Below are positions 1 to 12,840 of a stretch of DNA of 64,000 nt, piece by piece. The DNA is from Nemertoderma westbladi (Eukaryota; Animalia; Xenacoelomorpha). Location of the stretch: assembly GCA_032718475.1 (NCBI GenBank), contig JAUCBJ010005876.1, forward strand, positions 1-64,000. Direction: 5' to 3'. Within the stretch, counting starts at the first letter, position 1. Every line of letters begins with the position of its first letter. The translations under genes were made by a program, and so were the position numbers. The notes beneath the pieces are model-generated. The model saw only the letters and a program-made list of their open reading frames with translations. It ran no database searches and was not told the origin of the DNA.

Positions 1-172
1 TCCCGCCTCAATGTTAAATTCACAATTTACAGTGCAGGTTACAGTGGCACGTTATTTTAACCAAAACAATAAACTAAACACAATAGAACAGGTTACAATT
101 TTATTTTTGAGAGTAATCAGCTGTTATTTGCCTCGAATTTCCCCTGGAGAGGAATGAATTTTTATTGCGTCC

Positions 173-232
<60 letters not shown>

Positions 233-238
233 TATCTG
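1..238. mobile_element. Right part of a short TIR element (MITE), second copy at 34523-34750
   Basis: 1-175 closely matches 34571-34750. The end TTGCGTCCAGT-polyC-TATCT is the inverse of GAGACAG-polyG-AAACTGGACGCAA at 34523. Confidence 0.7.
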
Positions 239-1068
239 ATAGTTATAAGGTTAGGTAATCTTACTTTAAGACAGTAAGAGTTGCCTTACAGGGTGCAGTG
301 TACAGTACAAGGTTAGGTGTCTATATTGATAAGGTATGTATGAGTATTGTAGTCACGGTCAATATCAGAGTATGAGTTGAGTACATCAGTACATCGGTTC
401 ATAGGTGAACACAAACGGCTCTGTTCTGTTCCTCTTAGAATAAAATCAAAACATTAAAAGAATACAGACAATACTCAGATACTCCAATAAACTGATAATA
501 GACAGCTCCCAGTACTTGTATCTGGTAGAATATGGGAGGACTGGCTGGCTAAAACACAGAGTCAATCAATTATTATTGGAGGACAGCATTGTGGAAAGGT
601 CGTAGGAAGCCTAACTCAGGCTGCATGGGGACTACCAGTGTTTATAAGTCTATGGACAGTTTGTCTTCTATTATCTGCCAGTTTGATGCTTGGGAAAGGG
701 AGTGCTACTTAGCTATTGGATAGTCAGTTCGATAGCCTCTCTTATAGGTACATATTACCTACATATTATTATTGTTGTAATATGGTTGCAGGTAGAATAA
801 TGAATGGAAGCTGAGGTTTCAACTTACCCAGACATTGAAACTCTGGGACTGGGACTAATTGCCATGGATTGTCAGTGGTCATATCTACATTTCACCTTCT
901 ACTATTTCCCAGTAAGCTGTTGTACATTATTTATTATTTAGCAATGACAATGCCAGTTGTATTTAATGATGTTGTGGACTGTGGTGCAGTGGATTAACAG
1001 AACTGGATTAACATTAACAAAAACTTTGTGCCAGGTTTCACCACCATGCAAAGGTAGGAATGTTGTGA

Positions 1069-1120
1069 TGCAGCGTGCATTAAGAATGTTATGCCGTCTT
1101 GTCGACAAAATTGCACCTCT
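1069..1120 (-). mobile_element. Short degenerate 3' fragment of the RTE-like LINE
   Basis: Reverse complement resembles 19290-19345 (…CNFVDK… end of ORF). Confidence 0.6.
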
Positions 1121-1501
1121 ACACGGAAAAATAATAAAAAGGGAGAGGAGCAGGTTACAGAGACGGCTTTTTCTAACCAAAACAAAAAATAAATATTGTT
1201 ACCACTTCAAATAAAGGAGCAGGTTACAAAGGTCGGCTTTTATAGACCAAAAAATATGTTACGGTACTTCGAATCCCAGTGAAAAAAAACACAATAAAAA
1301 TATTGGAAGAATGATTAATTTCAGTAGAAGAGATTTAATTGAAAAAATGTGATTGTGATATGTAATGACATAAGATGGCAATAGCATTGACAATACAATG
1401 CCAATAGCTCCAACATCAGATATGATGAATCTGCTTTTCAACTTCATGGGCTTACCATGCGACTGTTACCCGCCTGGAGTATAGCTATACTGCAGGCTTC
1501 T

Positions 1502-2345
1502 CTACTACTATAATCGCCCTGCTGCATTTAAACTGCACATTTAGATGGATGCTATGCTGGCGTAACAAACGTATTTTGCCACCACCATGCAATCCACAAT
1601 TGGCAATCCCAATACAGCGTGCATTAAGAATGCTATGCCGGCTTATTAACAAAGTTGCACCGCCACAACTCCGTATCCCCAATGACTTTCGCAAGATTAT
1701 CAGCATCTTCAAGGCCATTGTCCTTTAAGAGGTGTCTCAAGAAAGTCATGGGCTGTCCACCACGCTTATTTTCTTCATGGGGCTGCCAGAAAGATTGTGC
1801 CACAAGATTGTGAACAGGTTGGTCCTTATGGCGAAAACAATGTCCTGCGAAGCGGATGCGGATTTGTTCAAGTGTCAAGCTCGAGGGAAGCAATGAGACA
1901 CATCCAATGTTATATAGTGTCTGGTTGGAGATGTGTGCATTATACTTGACACAATGAACCCGGCCTAGCATTCTTGTGAATGTGCCATCCAGAAATTTGA
2001 TGAAATTCAGCATTTAGAGCTCAGCATGGACTCCCATAGAGGAGTACTGGAACTACTGCTGCTCTAAATTATCGAACCTTAAGTTTCCGACGTATCCTAT
2101 GTGATTTCCAAATCTTGGACAGTCCATTCAATGCGGCCCATGCCTTTCCCTTACGTATTCGAAGGTCCTCATCTCACTTCCGGTACCATGATCCCAGGTA
2201 ACATAATTCGTCCACATGCTCAAGAGCATACCATCCTTTGATGTTATGCTCATACGAGCCGACATTTCTTGAAGACTTTCAAGTTAACTGTCAAATTTTT
2301 TTGTCTTTTTGGTCCTTGGAGTTAACAAAAAGACCAACACTCGTA
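1502..2345 (-). mobile_element. Diverged 5'-truncated RTE-like LINE copy
   Basis: ORF 1633-2013 (LDGTFTRML…RIRFAGHCFR…ELWRCNFV) is homologous to 18259-19332. Short (TAG)n tail near 1502. Confidence 0.85.
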
Positions 2346-3214
2346 CCAGCCAGCGCTTTTCTGACCTTATTAGCATATATTTTATGCGGCTTAATCCGGC
2401 ACTGAAATATTACAAAATCGAACGCAATATCAGATAATCCTAAAGAGCTGCATAATAACAATGAATTGAAATTTACTAATTGAATTGAGTTACAACAGTT
2501 GTTTTCTTGTAATACATGGCCAAAGGCCGAAGTTAATTGTTTAGTCTATTGTCAACCTAAACAATTAACCTAGTATAATAAACTATGTAATGAACTGAAA
2601 GAAAATGTATAACAATATACTGTAAAATATGGAAATCTGAACGTAGATTACAGTACAGTGCGGTAATTACCAATTATATACCTCATGGCAATTTATACCT
2701 CGTAGCAAAATGCGGTAAATTGGAACGCATGTAGAAGTATTCGAGTATTTAATTATTTATACATAGCCAGACAGTACAAACACCATACATCCACACCTAT
2801 CATGCAACACACCCAACACAAAATAAATGGATACACACAGTACAATGCCTGTATGGAGAACAATAAAGTGTACACAATGGAGAGTGATACTGAAGGGAAC
2901 ATTGGCTGGCCTTGTTTGCGAAACGTACTATTGGTTAACTAGCACAGGGAAGGCTATTATTATTGTTGTTTGAAGTGGAGGGAATGGTGCATATGGCGCA
3001 GGGTTGAATAATATTGGAGTGAGGAGACCTACATTGTCATTTATGAACAATATAACGTACTGTATCGCTGTTAGGTTGAAACTGATAAGACATCCTTTGC
3101 TTATAGTGGCGTCATGGTTGCTACAGTATATCCAACTCTATATTTGTTTACAAGTCCGTTGTTGATTACTATTTTAATGGAATTGTCATGTTGTATATTG
3201 AATTTAGTGTATGT

Positions 3215-5270
3215 GCGTCGGGTTGGGGAAATGGGGGTGGTGTGGGAGTTGGGTCGCGGGTGAGGGTGGGGTTGATAGTCATGGGGGTGGTGTGTGCGGG
3301 TGGGGTTGATGGTCATGGGGTGGTGGGTGTGGGTGGGGTTGATGGTCATGGAGGTGGTGGGTGAGGGTGGGGTTGTTGGTAATGGGGTGGTGGGTGAGGG
3401 TGGGGTTGATGGTCATGGGGTTGGGGTGGTGGGTGAGGGTGGGTTGATGGTCATGGGGGTGGTGGGTGAGGGTGGGGTTGATGGTCATGGGGTGGTGGGT
3501 GAGGGTGGGGTTTATGGTCATGTGGGTGGTGGGTGAGGGTGGGGTTGATGGTCATGGGGTGGTGGGTGAGGGTGGGGTTGATGGTCATGGGGGTGGTGGG
3601 TGGGGGTGGGGTTGGGTTGATGGTCATGGAGGTGGTGGGTGGGGGTGGGGTTGATGGTCATGGGGGTGGTGGGTGAGGGTGGGTGAGGGTGGGGTTGATG
3701 CCTTGATGGTCATGGGGTGGTGGGTGAGGTTGGGTGGATGGTCATGGGGTGGTGGGTGATGATGGGGTTGATGGTCATGGGGGTGGTGGGTGCGGGTGGG
3801 GTTGATGGTCATGGGGTGGTGGGTGAGCGTGGTGTTGATGGTCATGGGGGTTGTGGGTGAGGGTGGGGTTGATGGTCATGGGGGTGGTGGGTGAGGGTGG
3901 GGTTGATGGTCATGGGGGTGGTGGATGAGGGTGGGGTTGATGCCTTGATGGTAATGGGGTGGTGGGTGAGGTTGGGTTGATGGTCATGTGGGTGGTGGGT
4001 GAGGGTGAGGCATGGGCAGCCTTGAATAGGCTTTCCAGGATTTGTAAGTCACCGAGAATTAATCGCAAAATTAAGGTCCGATTATTTAGAGCAGCAGTAG
4101 TTCCAGTACTCCTCTATGGGAGTCCTTGCTGGGCTCTAACTGCTGAGGACACCAAATCTCTGTATGGCACATTCACAAGAATGCTACGCCGGGTTCATTG
4201 AGTCAAGCACAATGCACACATCTCCAACCAGACACTATATAACATTGGAGGTGTCTCATTGGTTTCCCCAAGCTTGACACTAGAACAAAATCGCCTCCGC
4301 TTTGCAGGACATTGCTTTCGCCGTGAGGACCAACCAGTGCATAATCTTGTACTTTGGCAGCCTCATGGAGTGAATAAGCATGGTGGACAGCCCATGACTT
4401 TATTGAGACGCATCTTAAAGGACACTGGCCTTGAAGATGCGGATGATCTAGCAAATGTCATGGGTGATAGGGAGTTGTGGCGGTGCAATTTTGTCGATAA
4501 GCCGGCACAGCATTCTTAAAAATGCAGCTGCAATGCAGCATGCCGATCCTAGTAGTAGTAGTAGTACGGTGAGGGTGGGGTTGATGGTCATGGGGTGGTG
4601 GGTGAGGGTGGGGTTGGTGGTTATGGGGTGGTGGGTGAGGGTGGGGTTGATGCCTTGATGTTCATGGGGTGGTGGGTGAGGTTGGGTTGATGGTTATGGG
4701 TGTGGTGGGTGAGGGTGGGGTTGATGGTCATGGGGTTGGGGTGGTGGGTGAGGGTGGGTTGATGGTCATGGGGGTGGTGGGTGAGGGTGGGGTTGATGGT
4801 CATGGGGTGGTGGGTGAGGGTGGGGTTTATGGTGATGTGGGTGGTGGGTGAGGGTGGGGTTGATGGTCATGGGGTGGTGGGTGAGGGTGGGGTTGATGGT
4901 CATGGGGGTAGTGGGTGCGGGTGGGGTTGGTGGTCATGGGGTGGTGGGTGAGGGTGGTGTTGATGGTCATGGGGGTTGTGGGTGAGGGTGGGGTTGATGG
5001 TCATGGGGGTGGTGGGTGAGGGTGGGGTTGATGGTCATGGGGGTGGTGGGTGAGGGTGGGGTTGATGCCTTGATGGTCATGGGGTGGTGGGTGAGGTTGG
5101 GTTGATGGTCATGGGGTGGTGGGTGATGGTGGGGTTGATGGTCATTGGGATGGTGGGTGAGGGTGGGGTTGGGTTGATAGTCATGGGGTGGTGGGTGATG
5201 GTGGGGTTGATGGTCATTGGGGCGGTGGGTGGGTGAGGGTGGGGTTGAGGAGGTTTGTTGTGAGGTTCGG
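3215..5270 (+). repeat. G-rich ~33-bp minisatellite (GGGGTGGTGGGTGAGGGTGGGGTTGATGGTCAT), interrupted by a LINE
   Basis: Unit directly visible with variants; extreme G-strand skew. Confidence 0.95.
4008..4566 (+). mobile_element. Young 5'-truncated RTE-like LINE insertion with (TAG)n tail
   Basis: Nearly identical to ~18821-19372. (AGT)n tail at 4550-4566. Candidate TSD GGTGAGGGTG at 3998-4007 and 4568-4577. Confidence 0.92.
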
Positions 5271-7354
5271 GCGGTCCTTGTGAGGTTCGTGGTGTAGTGA
5301 GGGTCAGGGTGTGAGGGCCTGAGGAGGTGGGTGGGGAGTGGCTCTTCAATTGCAAGAAAGTTCAATGAAGCCCTAATAATAATAATAATTAATATAATGA
5401 TTATTATTCATAAAATTGTTGACGATTTTTCCTCGACGTGATCGGATCATCGAAGCTTTCTTAAAATGGAAACGTCATGTAATAACTTAAAACTTCGATA
5501 ACTTAATAACTTATTAAAATAGTTGGCCTCGAGTGGCCAAGTTGTGTTGGCATAGTTGGTCAAGGATCGACGATTGTGGCAGATTCCAACAATAGCACAC
5601 CAACATAATCAATAATACACACAACTGTAGTTGTAGTTCGTAGCAAATTATTGATGTAATTTATTTTCAAATATTTTTTTATATATATAGTTAAGTTTTA
5701 ATTACTAAGTAAAATTCCCACTAAAGTTTAATCGGCTGTATTGTTGTGGAATTATATCGGAGCCTCTTACTGTGTCAAGCTTCATGTAATTTATAAACCA
5801 ACCAATCAGAAGGCGATAGCAGTTACCGTAACAGACATAGAAGCCACTTTATTTCGTAGAATACCATTATTAAAGTATATCACGAATTATGAAAGTACAA
5901 CGAAAGTATTCCAGTGCGATGAAGGATAATACGGTGGATGAATATGGAGTGGATGGTTATTTGGGTGATGCGAACAATATGCCTAAATAAGTATTTATGT
6001 ATTTACATTTGTACCCCTCTCGCTTTTGGTTTAGGTTTAGCTATCTTTCTTTTTAGGGCGTGGTAATTTATGGTGGATTAACGCGACATTGGAAGCACTG
6101 AGCCTATTGTTTTCACGCAACAATATGCTTTCTAAAGTACATTAGCACTAACTTCATTCTTCTTCCTGTATATACCCTTAACAATCAGTAGGCTATATAT
6201 CACGTATTATTACTGCCATACCTTCTATATATAACAGCTACATATTAGGCGTGTCTTGCCTTCTATCACAAATAAGTATATTTGGAAAATATGCTGTGTT
6301 AGTGTTAGTGATGGTGATATGTTAATTTAGTACGCTGGTGAACGTTTTGTTCTTCTTATTTAAAACATCTATCGCACTCGCATTTAATTTCTTTTTAGAT
6401 TGGGAAATAAAATCACCGGCGTAACTATCATCCATGGATGCTGGAGTGATACCCGCATAGCTCCACAATTAGGCTCACGACATAATTATACTGCACTACA
6501 ATCAGCTGTTTACTTAAAATTTAAATTGTACTGTACTGCTGCAGGCTTAGCTTTTCAAACTGAAAGAATTCTCAACGGCAACACAATGCAGTAGCCAGTA
6601 AATGGGCCAATACACAAGGCTACACGTAACGTCGTCCACCAATGCCCTACCTACAGTTAGTTAGTGCCTCACAATCAGTCTGTAAGCAGGATACAGTGTA
6701 GGCCTATTGAAATCATGGGATCCTATATCCTAATGAGTCATAAGAACGACGCAAAATTTGAAACTATCACAAAATAACAACTGGAGGCAAAAATTAATAT
6801 TCCTCGCTAAATTACAGTTGGGTTTGGATATTGTATAATATTGTTAACTACAGTAGTGAGTAGGCCCTACAGTACACACTTAGTATATTGGCCGGGAATC
6901 TATTTTTAATATTGTGTGGAATTAATTTCGCACTACCAAATCGCCAGGGCGACATATTTTCCAGCTACTGTATTTATCGCAGTGCGACATTATTTCTCGA
7001 GTATGTCCCTACGCCATACATTTTACTATTTATATCCGGTATGTCACCGCGTCATTCTAAATATAATTCTTACATGGCGTCATTCGAATACACACTAACT
7101 ATTTTACAATTCTAAAACTTATGAAACTTATAAAACTTATTTTGCTCGAATGCCCTGCAAATCTCCGACCTTTGTGTTCCTGGGCAAGGTCCTAACTCTT
7201 CAAATAATTTTACAGTTTATTTATTTATTAAAGTAATTATGTTTTTTTATTGTAAATTTGAATTTGATTTAATTTTAGTTAATGACCATATCGTCTATTT
7301 GCCAGTATTTGGCGTAATAATAATAATAAATTCTAAAACTTATAAAAATGAAAT

Positions 7355-7420
7355 AGGTCGGAATCGAACCAGCGGTTCTTTCCATTTATAACACGACGTG
7401 TTATCCACTACACGCTAAAT
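7355..7420 (-). mobile_element. tRNA-derived SINE-like head
   Basis: Minus strand has an A-box-like GCGTGTAGTGG and B-box GGTTCGATTCC (7360-7370); no full cloverleaf. Confidence 0.45.
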
Positions 7421-8802
7421 TAGCACGAGAATAAAGTGTGTATAATGAACATGTCAGTGGTGCTTTCACTTTACGAGGATGTTCTAGAATATTTAAATAT
7501 TAATAATTACAAATAATTCCTCACATATAAAGAAAATTAGATTGTCATTGTTCATAATTAGCACTTTAAAGCGTTTACGGCCGTTGTTTTATTATCTCTC
7601 GGGCCGTAACGCGATAAAGTGCTATTTTATGAATAATGACGTGACGTATATAGATAGTTATTACTAGAGATATTTTTGACTTACCGATAGGCTACTTGAA
7701 ACTAATTTTCAGTCCTATTATTTACTTTATGAATATTATTGTAAAATTCAGGTAAGTTTTTTATACTGAAATAAAAAAATCATTTCCAATAAAATAGCAT
7801 TAGCAATAGTAAACAGGACATTCACAATACAGAAACAAAAAGGTCCGAGCGCTATTATATTGAAACAAATGTTTTAACACTTAAATGTTGTAATTGTATA
7901 TAATTTACAAAGGTGAAATTGAATGAAGTTAATGTATTCTTACAGGTGGTGTCCGTACGCGATCGAGCCGTGAGCACAATGGTCCGTGGTCGAAGGAATA
8001 CTGCGGGAATATATAAGAGAGAATTGCGGGAATAGAGTTACTGCTGATCCCAAAGTCCTATCCACACAGAGCCAGGGGAGCAGCCAGAATTCCTAGCAAC
8101 CACTGTTATGTTCCGACTCCAACACAATCTATTGTTAGGAGAGTCCCTTGTACGGCCGGCAGAGGACGATGGTAGGTACAGTGTAATGGGGCGAGGGGGG
8201 GGGGGGGGGGGGGGGGGGTGTATTATCCTTTTATTTAAATCCCAGCTTGGTAAGAATGGAACAGGTTCCAAGGAACAGCTAACCGACCAAACGACATGTT
8301 GCGTGACAATTAATCAGGAATATTATTCTGGTCGCTCTGTAATAATGGGATACTGGCCATTGCGAAGGGATTTTATTTAACAACAATAAGATCGACATTC
8401 GACAGTGATAAAAAGTATGCAGTAGTTTTAGAGAGCAAAACATTTAAATTGTCTTTTCTCCCGTACTTTGTCTTAGAATTTTCCCGGCCTTTATTGCTGT
8501 ATTACGATACCACGCCTAGTAGATTGTTAAAGTGGCCTACTAACGTTAATAGTATTAATTAAATTATTAATATTGTGTATTTAAACTGTATTTTGAAACA
8601 TGTGAGCGTTTGCACAGTGAATGAGTGCATCTATAATATGATAGCTAAAGTTCTTTGTTGTGTTGAGTATTTAATTAGGTAGCGTAGCTGATAATTAAAT
8701 AGTTGTGCTGTGGTCAATTTTGGTCATTATCCTCGATTTGGGTCAGAAAGTTCTGGGTTTGGGTTTAAAGTACTCTGGTAGATTGTAGATTGTATTTGAT
8801 AT

Positions 8803-9047
8803 CTTCTATTTCCTGTGATCACCCTATTCTTACTGATAATTTCAAAATTCTCGCAACTGGCAAAGATATTCTAGAACTCAATATTAAAGAAACACTTTAC
8901 ATCCGTTCACAAAGCCCCTCCCTCAATGACCACACCACGTCCATTGATTTCCTTCTACAGTACTACAGAACAGATCAGACAGCAGACTGTCTGATACGTG
9001 TTAAATATTGTGTTTTCCATTTATAGTATTTGATATCCATCCGTTAA
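8803..9047 (+). mobile_element. Partial copy of the Penelope-like GIY-YIG 3' fragment
   Basis: Near-identical to ~10371-10615 (CDHPILTDNFKILA…IKETLYIRSQSPSLN). Confidence 0.8.
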
Positions 9048-9379
9048 ATATTTGTGGCTGGTTGCGAGAAAAGGGACCTGGGGGAAAAATGTTCACTCTG
9101 AGAAAAACGCGTTTAAAGTTTTCATTGTGTTATTGGTAGTTATTGGGGTGTTTGCATTGGTTTATTGGTCGTTATTGGGTTTTATTAGAGCGAAATTCAC
9201 ACTGTATTATACTATTAATAGTATACTAAGCACCATACAGTATACACTTGTTTTTTAGATTATCGTAGAATATATGTAGCCTATTCGGTGACTTATTGTA
9301 CAAACAAGTTAATACACTAATAATTTAGAATTTATTATGGAAACTGAAGCAGAGTGGCTGAACCTATTAAATAATAGGG

Positions 9380-10020
9380 TTTTCTAGGTCGCTGATCACG
9401 ATAAAACTTGTTAAAAATATTTTTTGGAAAAGCAACCATAATTTTTTGTGCTATTGTGGTCCCCCAGTATGAAAAGTACAAGTAAAAAAATGTCAAAATA
9501 AAAAAATTTGTGTTTGGTTTGATAATTCTGAACGTAAGTGTTTTCGAGGTCGCTGATTACGATGAAACTAGTTATAAATATTTCTGGTAATGCAAACCCA
9601 ATTTTGGTGCTATTCTAGTGCCCCAGAACGAAAATTACAAGTAGCACAAACTTACAAACTGTCAAATTATGCCTTTGGTTTGGTAATTCTGAAGCTATAC
9701 TGGTTTTCAAGGTAGCTGATCACGATACAACACGTTACAAATCATTCGTGGTAACGCAACTGTAAATTTTGGTTCTTGTCTGGTGGGACGAAAATTACAA
9801 GTAGCAAACATTTCAAATTGCAAAAAGCGAATTTGGTTGGATAATACGATATTTTTGAGTGTCATATTCGTGATCAGTGTCCCAGAAAACCCATAATGTC
9901 TAAAATTCAGGTTGATTTTGTAATGATTTTTGGTCATCAAAATTTTGCTACTTGTATTTTTCGTGCCGCACATTGACACATATCGAATAAATTGTTTTTA
10001 ATTCGTGATCAGCATTCCAA
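9380..10020. mobile_element. Probable non-autonomous DNA-transposon remnant with ~160-bp internal sub-repeats
   Basis: GGTCGCTGAT(C/T)ACGAT-like motif near 9387, 9548 and 9711, with inverted copies near 9867 and 10005. Confidence 0.45.
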
Positions 10021-10238
10021 AAAGTGACTTGAAGTGACTTGGCGAGACTACCGGCACGGGAAGGCAGACAATTGGCTGTCTTGCTCTTGACTTCTCTGTA
10101 GACTTGTTCACGGCATTCGACAATACAGTACGTCATGACAGACATGACAAATGATTCGGGCGGCTTTGGCATGTCAAAATCGTGTAATGATTTATATAAA
10201 TCATTGAATAGAATTTATTTAATTTCAAAAATTCAAAT

Positions 10239-10525
10239 AAATTTACTGCTGCCCAGCCTCCTATATTGCCGTACCATACGACACCTTGGCAAACGCATTG
10301 AGGAACACACTGGTAAAACCTACCGCACGGGTAGGTTCTCTGCCCCTAAAGATTCCGCTATTTTCGACCATTCTATTTCCTGTGATCACCCTATTCTTAC
10401 TGATAATTTCAAAATTCTCGCAACTGGCAAAGATATTCTAGAACTCAATATTAAAGAAACACTTTACATCCGTTCACAAAGCCCCTCCCTCAATGACCAC
10501 ACCACGTCCATTGAACTACTTCTAC
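10239..10525 (+). mobile_element. Penelope-like element GIY-YIG endonuclease C-terminal fragment (frameshifted at YIG)
   Basis: Translates RTIRHLGKRIEEH…SAIFDH…NFKILA…IKETLYIRSQSPSLN, typical of PLE endonucleases. Confidence 0.8.
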
Positions 10526-10883
10526 AGTACTACAGAACAGATCAGACAGCAGACTGTCTGATACGTGTTAAATATTGTGTTTTCCATTTATAGTATTTGA
10601 TATCCATCCGTTAAGTATTTATTGTTCGCCAGTATTTAGAAGCTTTACCAGTTCATCGCAACAATAATAATAAAGAAATAAATTTATCATAAATTGCCTA
10701 CAAGTCCTCATTTACTTTCTTCTAAAATAATATGAATGATACAATTACTATAATAAGTGATATTTTCCAGTTAAATTATATGTAATAACAAGTTATTTTT
10801 CAGTAAATTCACTCTTCGACTTAGGATTACTGGTAATTGCTTGTATATAAACTTATATATAAGACACACTGGATGCAGAATGT

Positions 10884-11072
10884 ATCGCTTCTCGGCCTTT
10901 TGGCTAAGATCATGTGTAGTATCTGTTCTTGTCAGCTTAATATCTGGCACACTGCTCACTGAGCAGTTCCAATATTAAACTGATTTTTGCAGTGCGGCTG
11001 TGAGTAAGGGGCTTGCTCCACTCCAGCCACGGGTTGGCCTGGTATTGCACTGCCTCCAGGTCCGGCCCACAC
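10884..11072 (+). ncRNA. RNU2: U2 spliceosomal snRNA, copy 1
   Basis: ATCGCTTCTCGGCCTTTTGGCTAAGATCA, branch-pairing GTAGTA, compensated stem IIa (TGTCAG/CTGGCA), Sm site ATTTTTG, SL IV CCTGG-TATTGCACTGCCT-CCAGG. Confidence 0.96.
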
Positions 11073-12840
11073 CCACCTTCGGGTGGGTGTCACAATAACT
11101 ATATCAGAGGAAACTTTGCCATGGAGATGCGCCGAAGTCTTCTTGTTTTCCTGTTACACCCCCCCCCCCCCCCCCCCCCAACCCCATTCCTGTTACCCAC
11201 ATGTTACCAGCTAGACTTGTGTTTATTAGGAACAGATAGTTGTTTATTTAGCCCATTGATGTTTGTCTCTTAATAAGCCAAGAGTTGTCCGTTTTTATGT
11301 CCGTTACAGTATAGTTCATGTTAGCATTGTTTGATTGTTCAATGTCAGTCAATGTTTTCTAGTCCACGTGAGTGACTCATACCGTCTTGTATATCATTTA
11401 GTTCAGCCAATATGGTATATTAATGTCGCCATTGTTACTGTTTACATAAAAATCGACATAATTTACATTATAATTTATTATACGACATATTATAATATAA
11501 TAGGAGGAAAGACCCCAGAACCCTGCTTTGTTAAATTAAATTAAATTAAATGTTAATTGTAATAGAGTAATAATTTACTATTATTTTAAATCGACCCTTT
11601 TGCTAACGTTTTCTTTTAAGCATTACATTAGACTTTAAACATTTTTTTAAAACAATTTAAACAATCTCTGGGACACTGTGCTCTGAATGGTGCTATATGT
11701 GAGATATACTCGAAATTGTTATTGAACAGCCAGAAATTAATAAATAAATGAGGTTGTTTTATCAGTGAGATAATGTTCGGTAAATTTCTCCCAACTTACG
11801 GGCTCCCGGCAGCTGCCCCTGTGTGGCAACCAGGATGGTTTCACTAGCAAACCAGACGTTCTGGAGATTTAGAAATGCATTAACGTTTTAATATCTGGTT
11901 TACTTTTTTGTTTTAAATTACTTTTTTTTTAAATTATTAAATGTTTAATATAAGTCATACTGTAATTATTATATTGCCATGTAAATTTTGAACTTTTCAA
12001 CTTTTCAACTATGAATATAGAATATAGACAATTTTAACACATTTAAACCTGTAAATATACAGTATATAAGAATCACGGATTGTTGTTAATGCCAATATTA
12101 TTAGTATTACTATTAAAATACAAGGATATAGTTTCTATTTACACCTGATGACTCTCTATCAACCTTATATAACAATCTTATAATCTTTTAATCTATGATA
12201 ACAACCTTATTGGGATTTAGAAACTATAATAGAGATTGTACAGTAGAAAGTTATTCCTTAGATGGAAGCGCTCTCTACAGGCCGGTATAGGAAATTAGGA
12301 ACAGAAACTCGATAATATTTCGCAAAGTAAGGTGGCGTAATCCTGGCCAGCAGAAGCAATCAACCTGCGAGAGTAATCGAAATGCCATGGTAAGACTACC
12401 TCGCTGATTCTGTGTTGGACACGTTACTCTCTACAAATCAATATAACACGTTCGTGGGGCCTTCGCGCAGCACGAGTCCCAGTTATTAGATACAAATCAA
12501 AATTGAGCGACTGTATCACAAAATCAGGTTTTGAGAAATTTACCCACACCACCAATCAATCAAAGAAAGGGGGACAGTACGTGTTCACCCCTTTTAATCT
12601 CCCCCCCCCCCCCCCCCCCCCCCCACCCTTCCCAACCACCAATACATAACCGCGACATCTACCACCCACGGAAGGGTAGCACGAACTTATTTCCAATCGC
12701 ACTTTAAATATGCAAAGCCAGGTGGTTTATAGGAATATAATAAACGCAGTACTCGTTTTCATTATAAGCCTCTTTGCGTTCGTCCTGTTTTGTATTTAAA
12801 TATATTTCTTAAACGCAGGCTAGGACGATCTTTATAATAA

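Larger units (their letters stand above)
10137..11520 (+). repeat. Duplicated U2-bearing cassette, copy 1
   Basis: Aligns almost base for base with 15242-16622 (offset ~5.1 kb). Confidence 0.93.

Noticed and set aside
176-232. Long poly-C/poly-G runs here and elsewhere
   Set aside because: Several lie within TE ends, and homopolymer lengths are unreliable in assemblies, so no function was inferred.
2735-3215. Possible 3' end of another old LINE on the minus strand
   Set aside because: Only a vague resemblance (RTY…, CAIC); too degenerate to support.
3101-5365. His/Pro- and Gly/Val-rich ORFs
   Set aside because: They are translations of the G-rich minisatellite.
12145-12230. CTGATGA as a second hammerhead
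   Set aside because: No adjacent stem II followed by GAAA.
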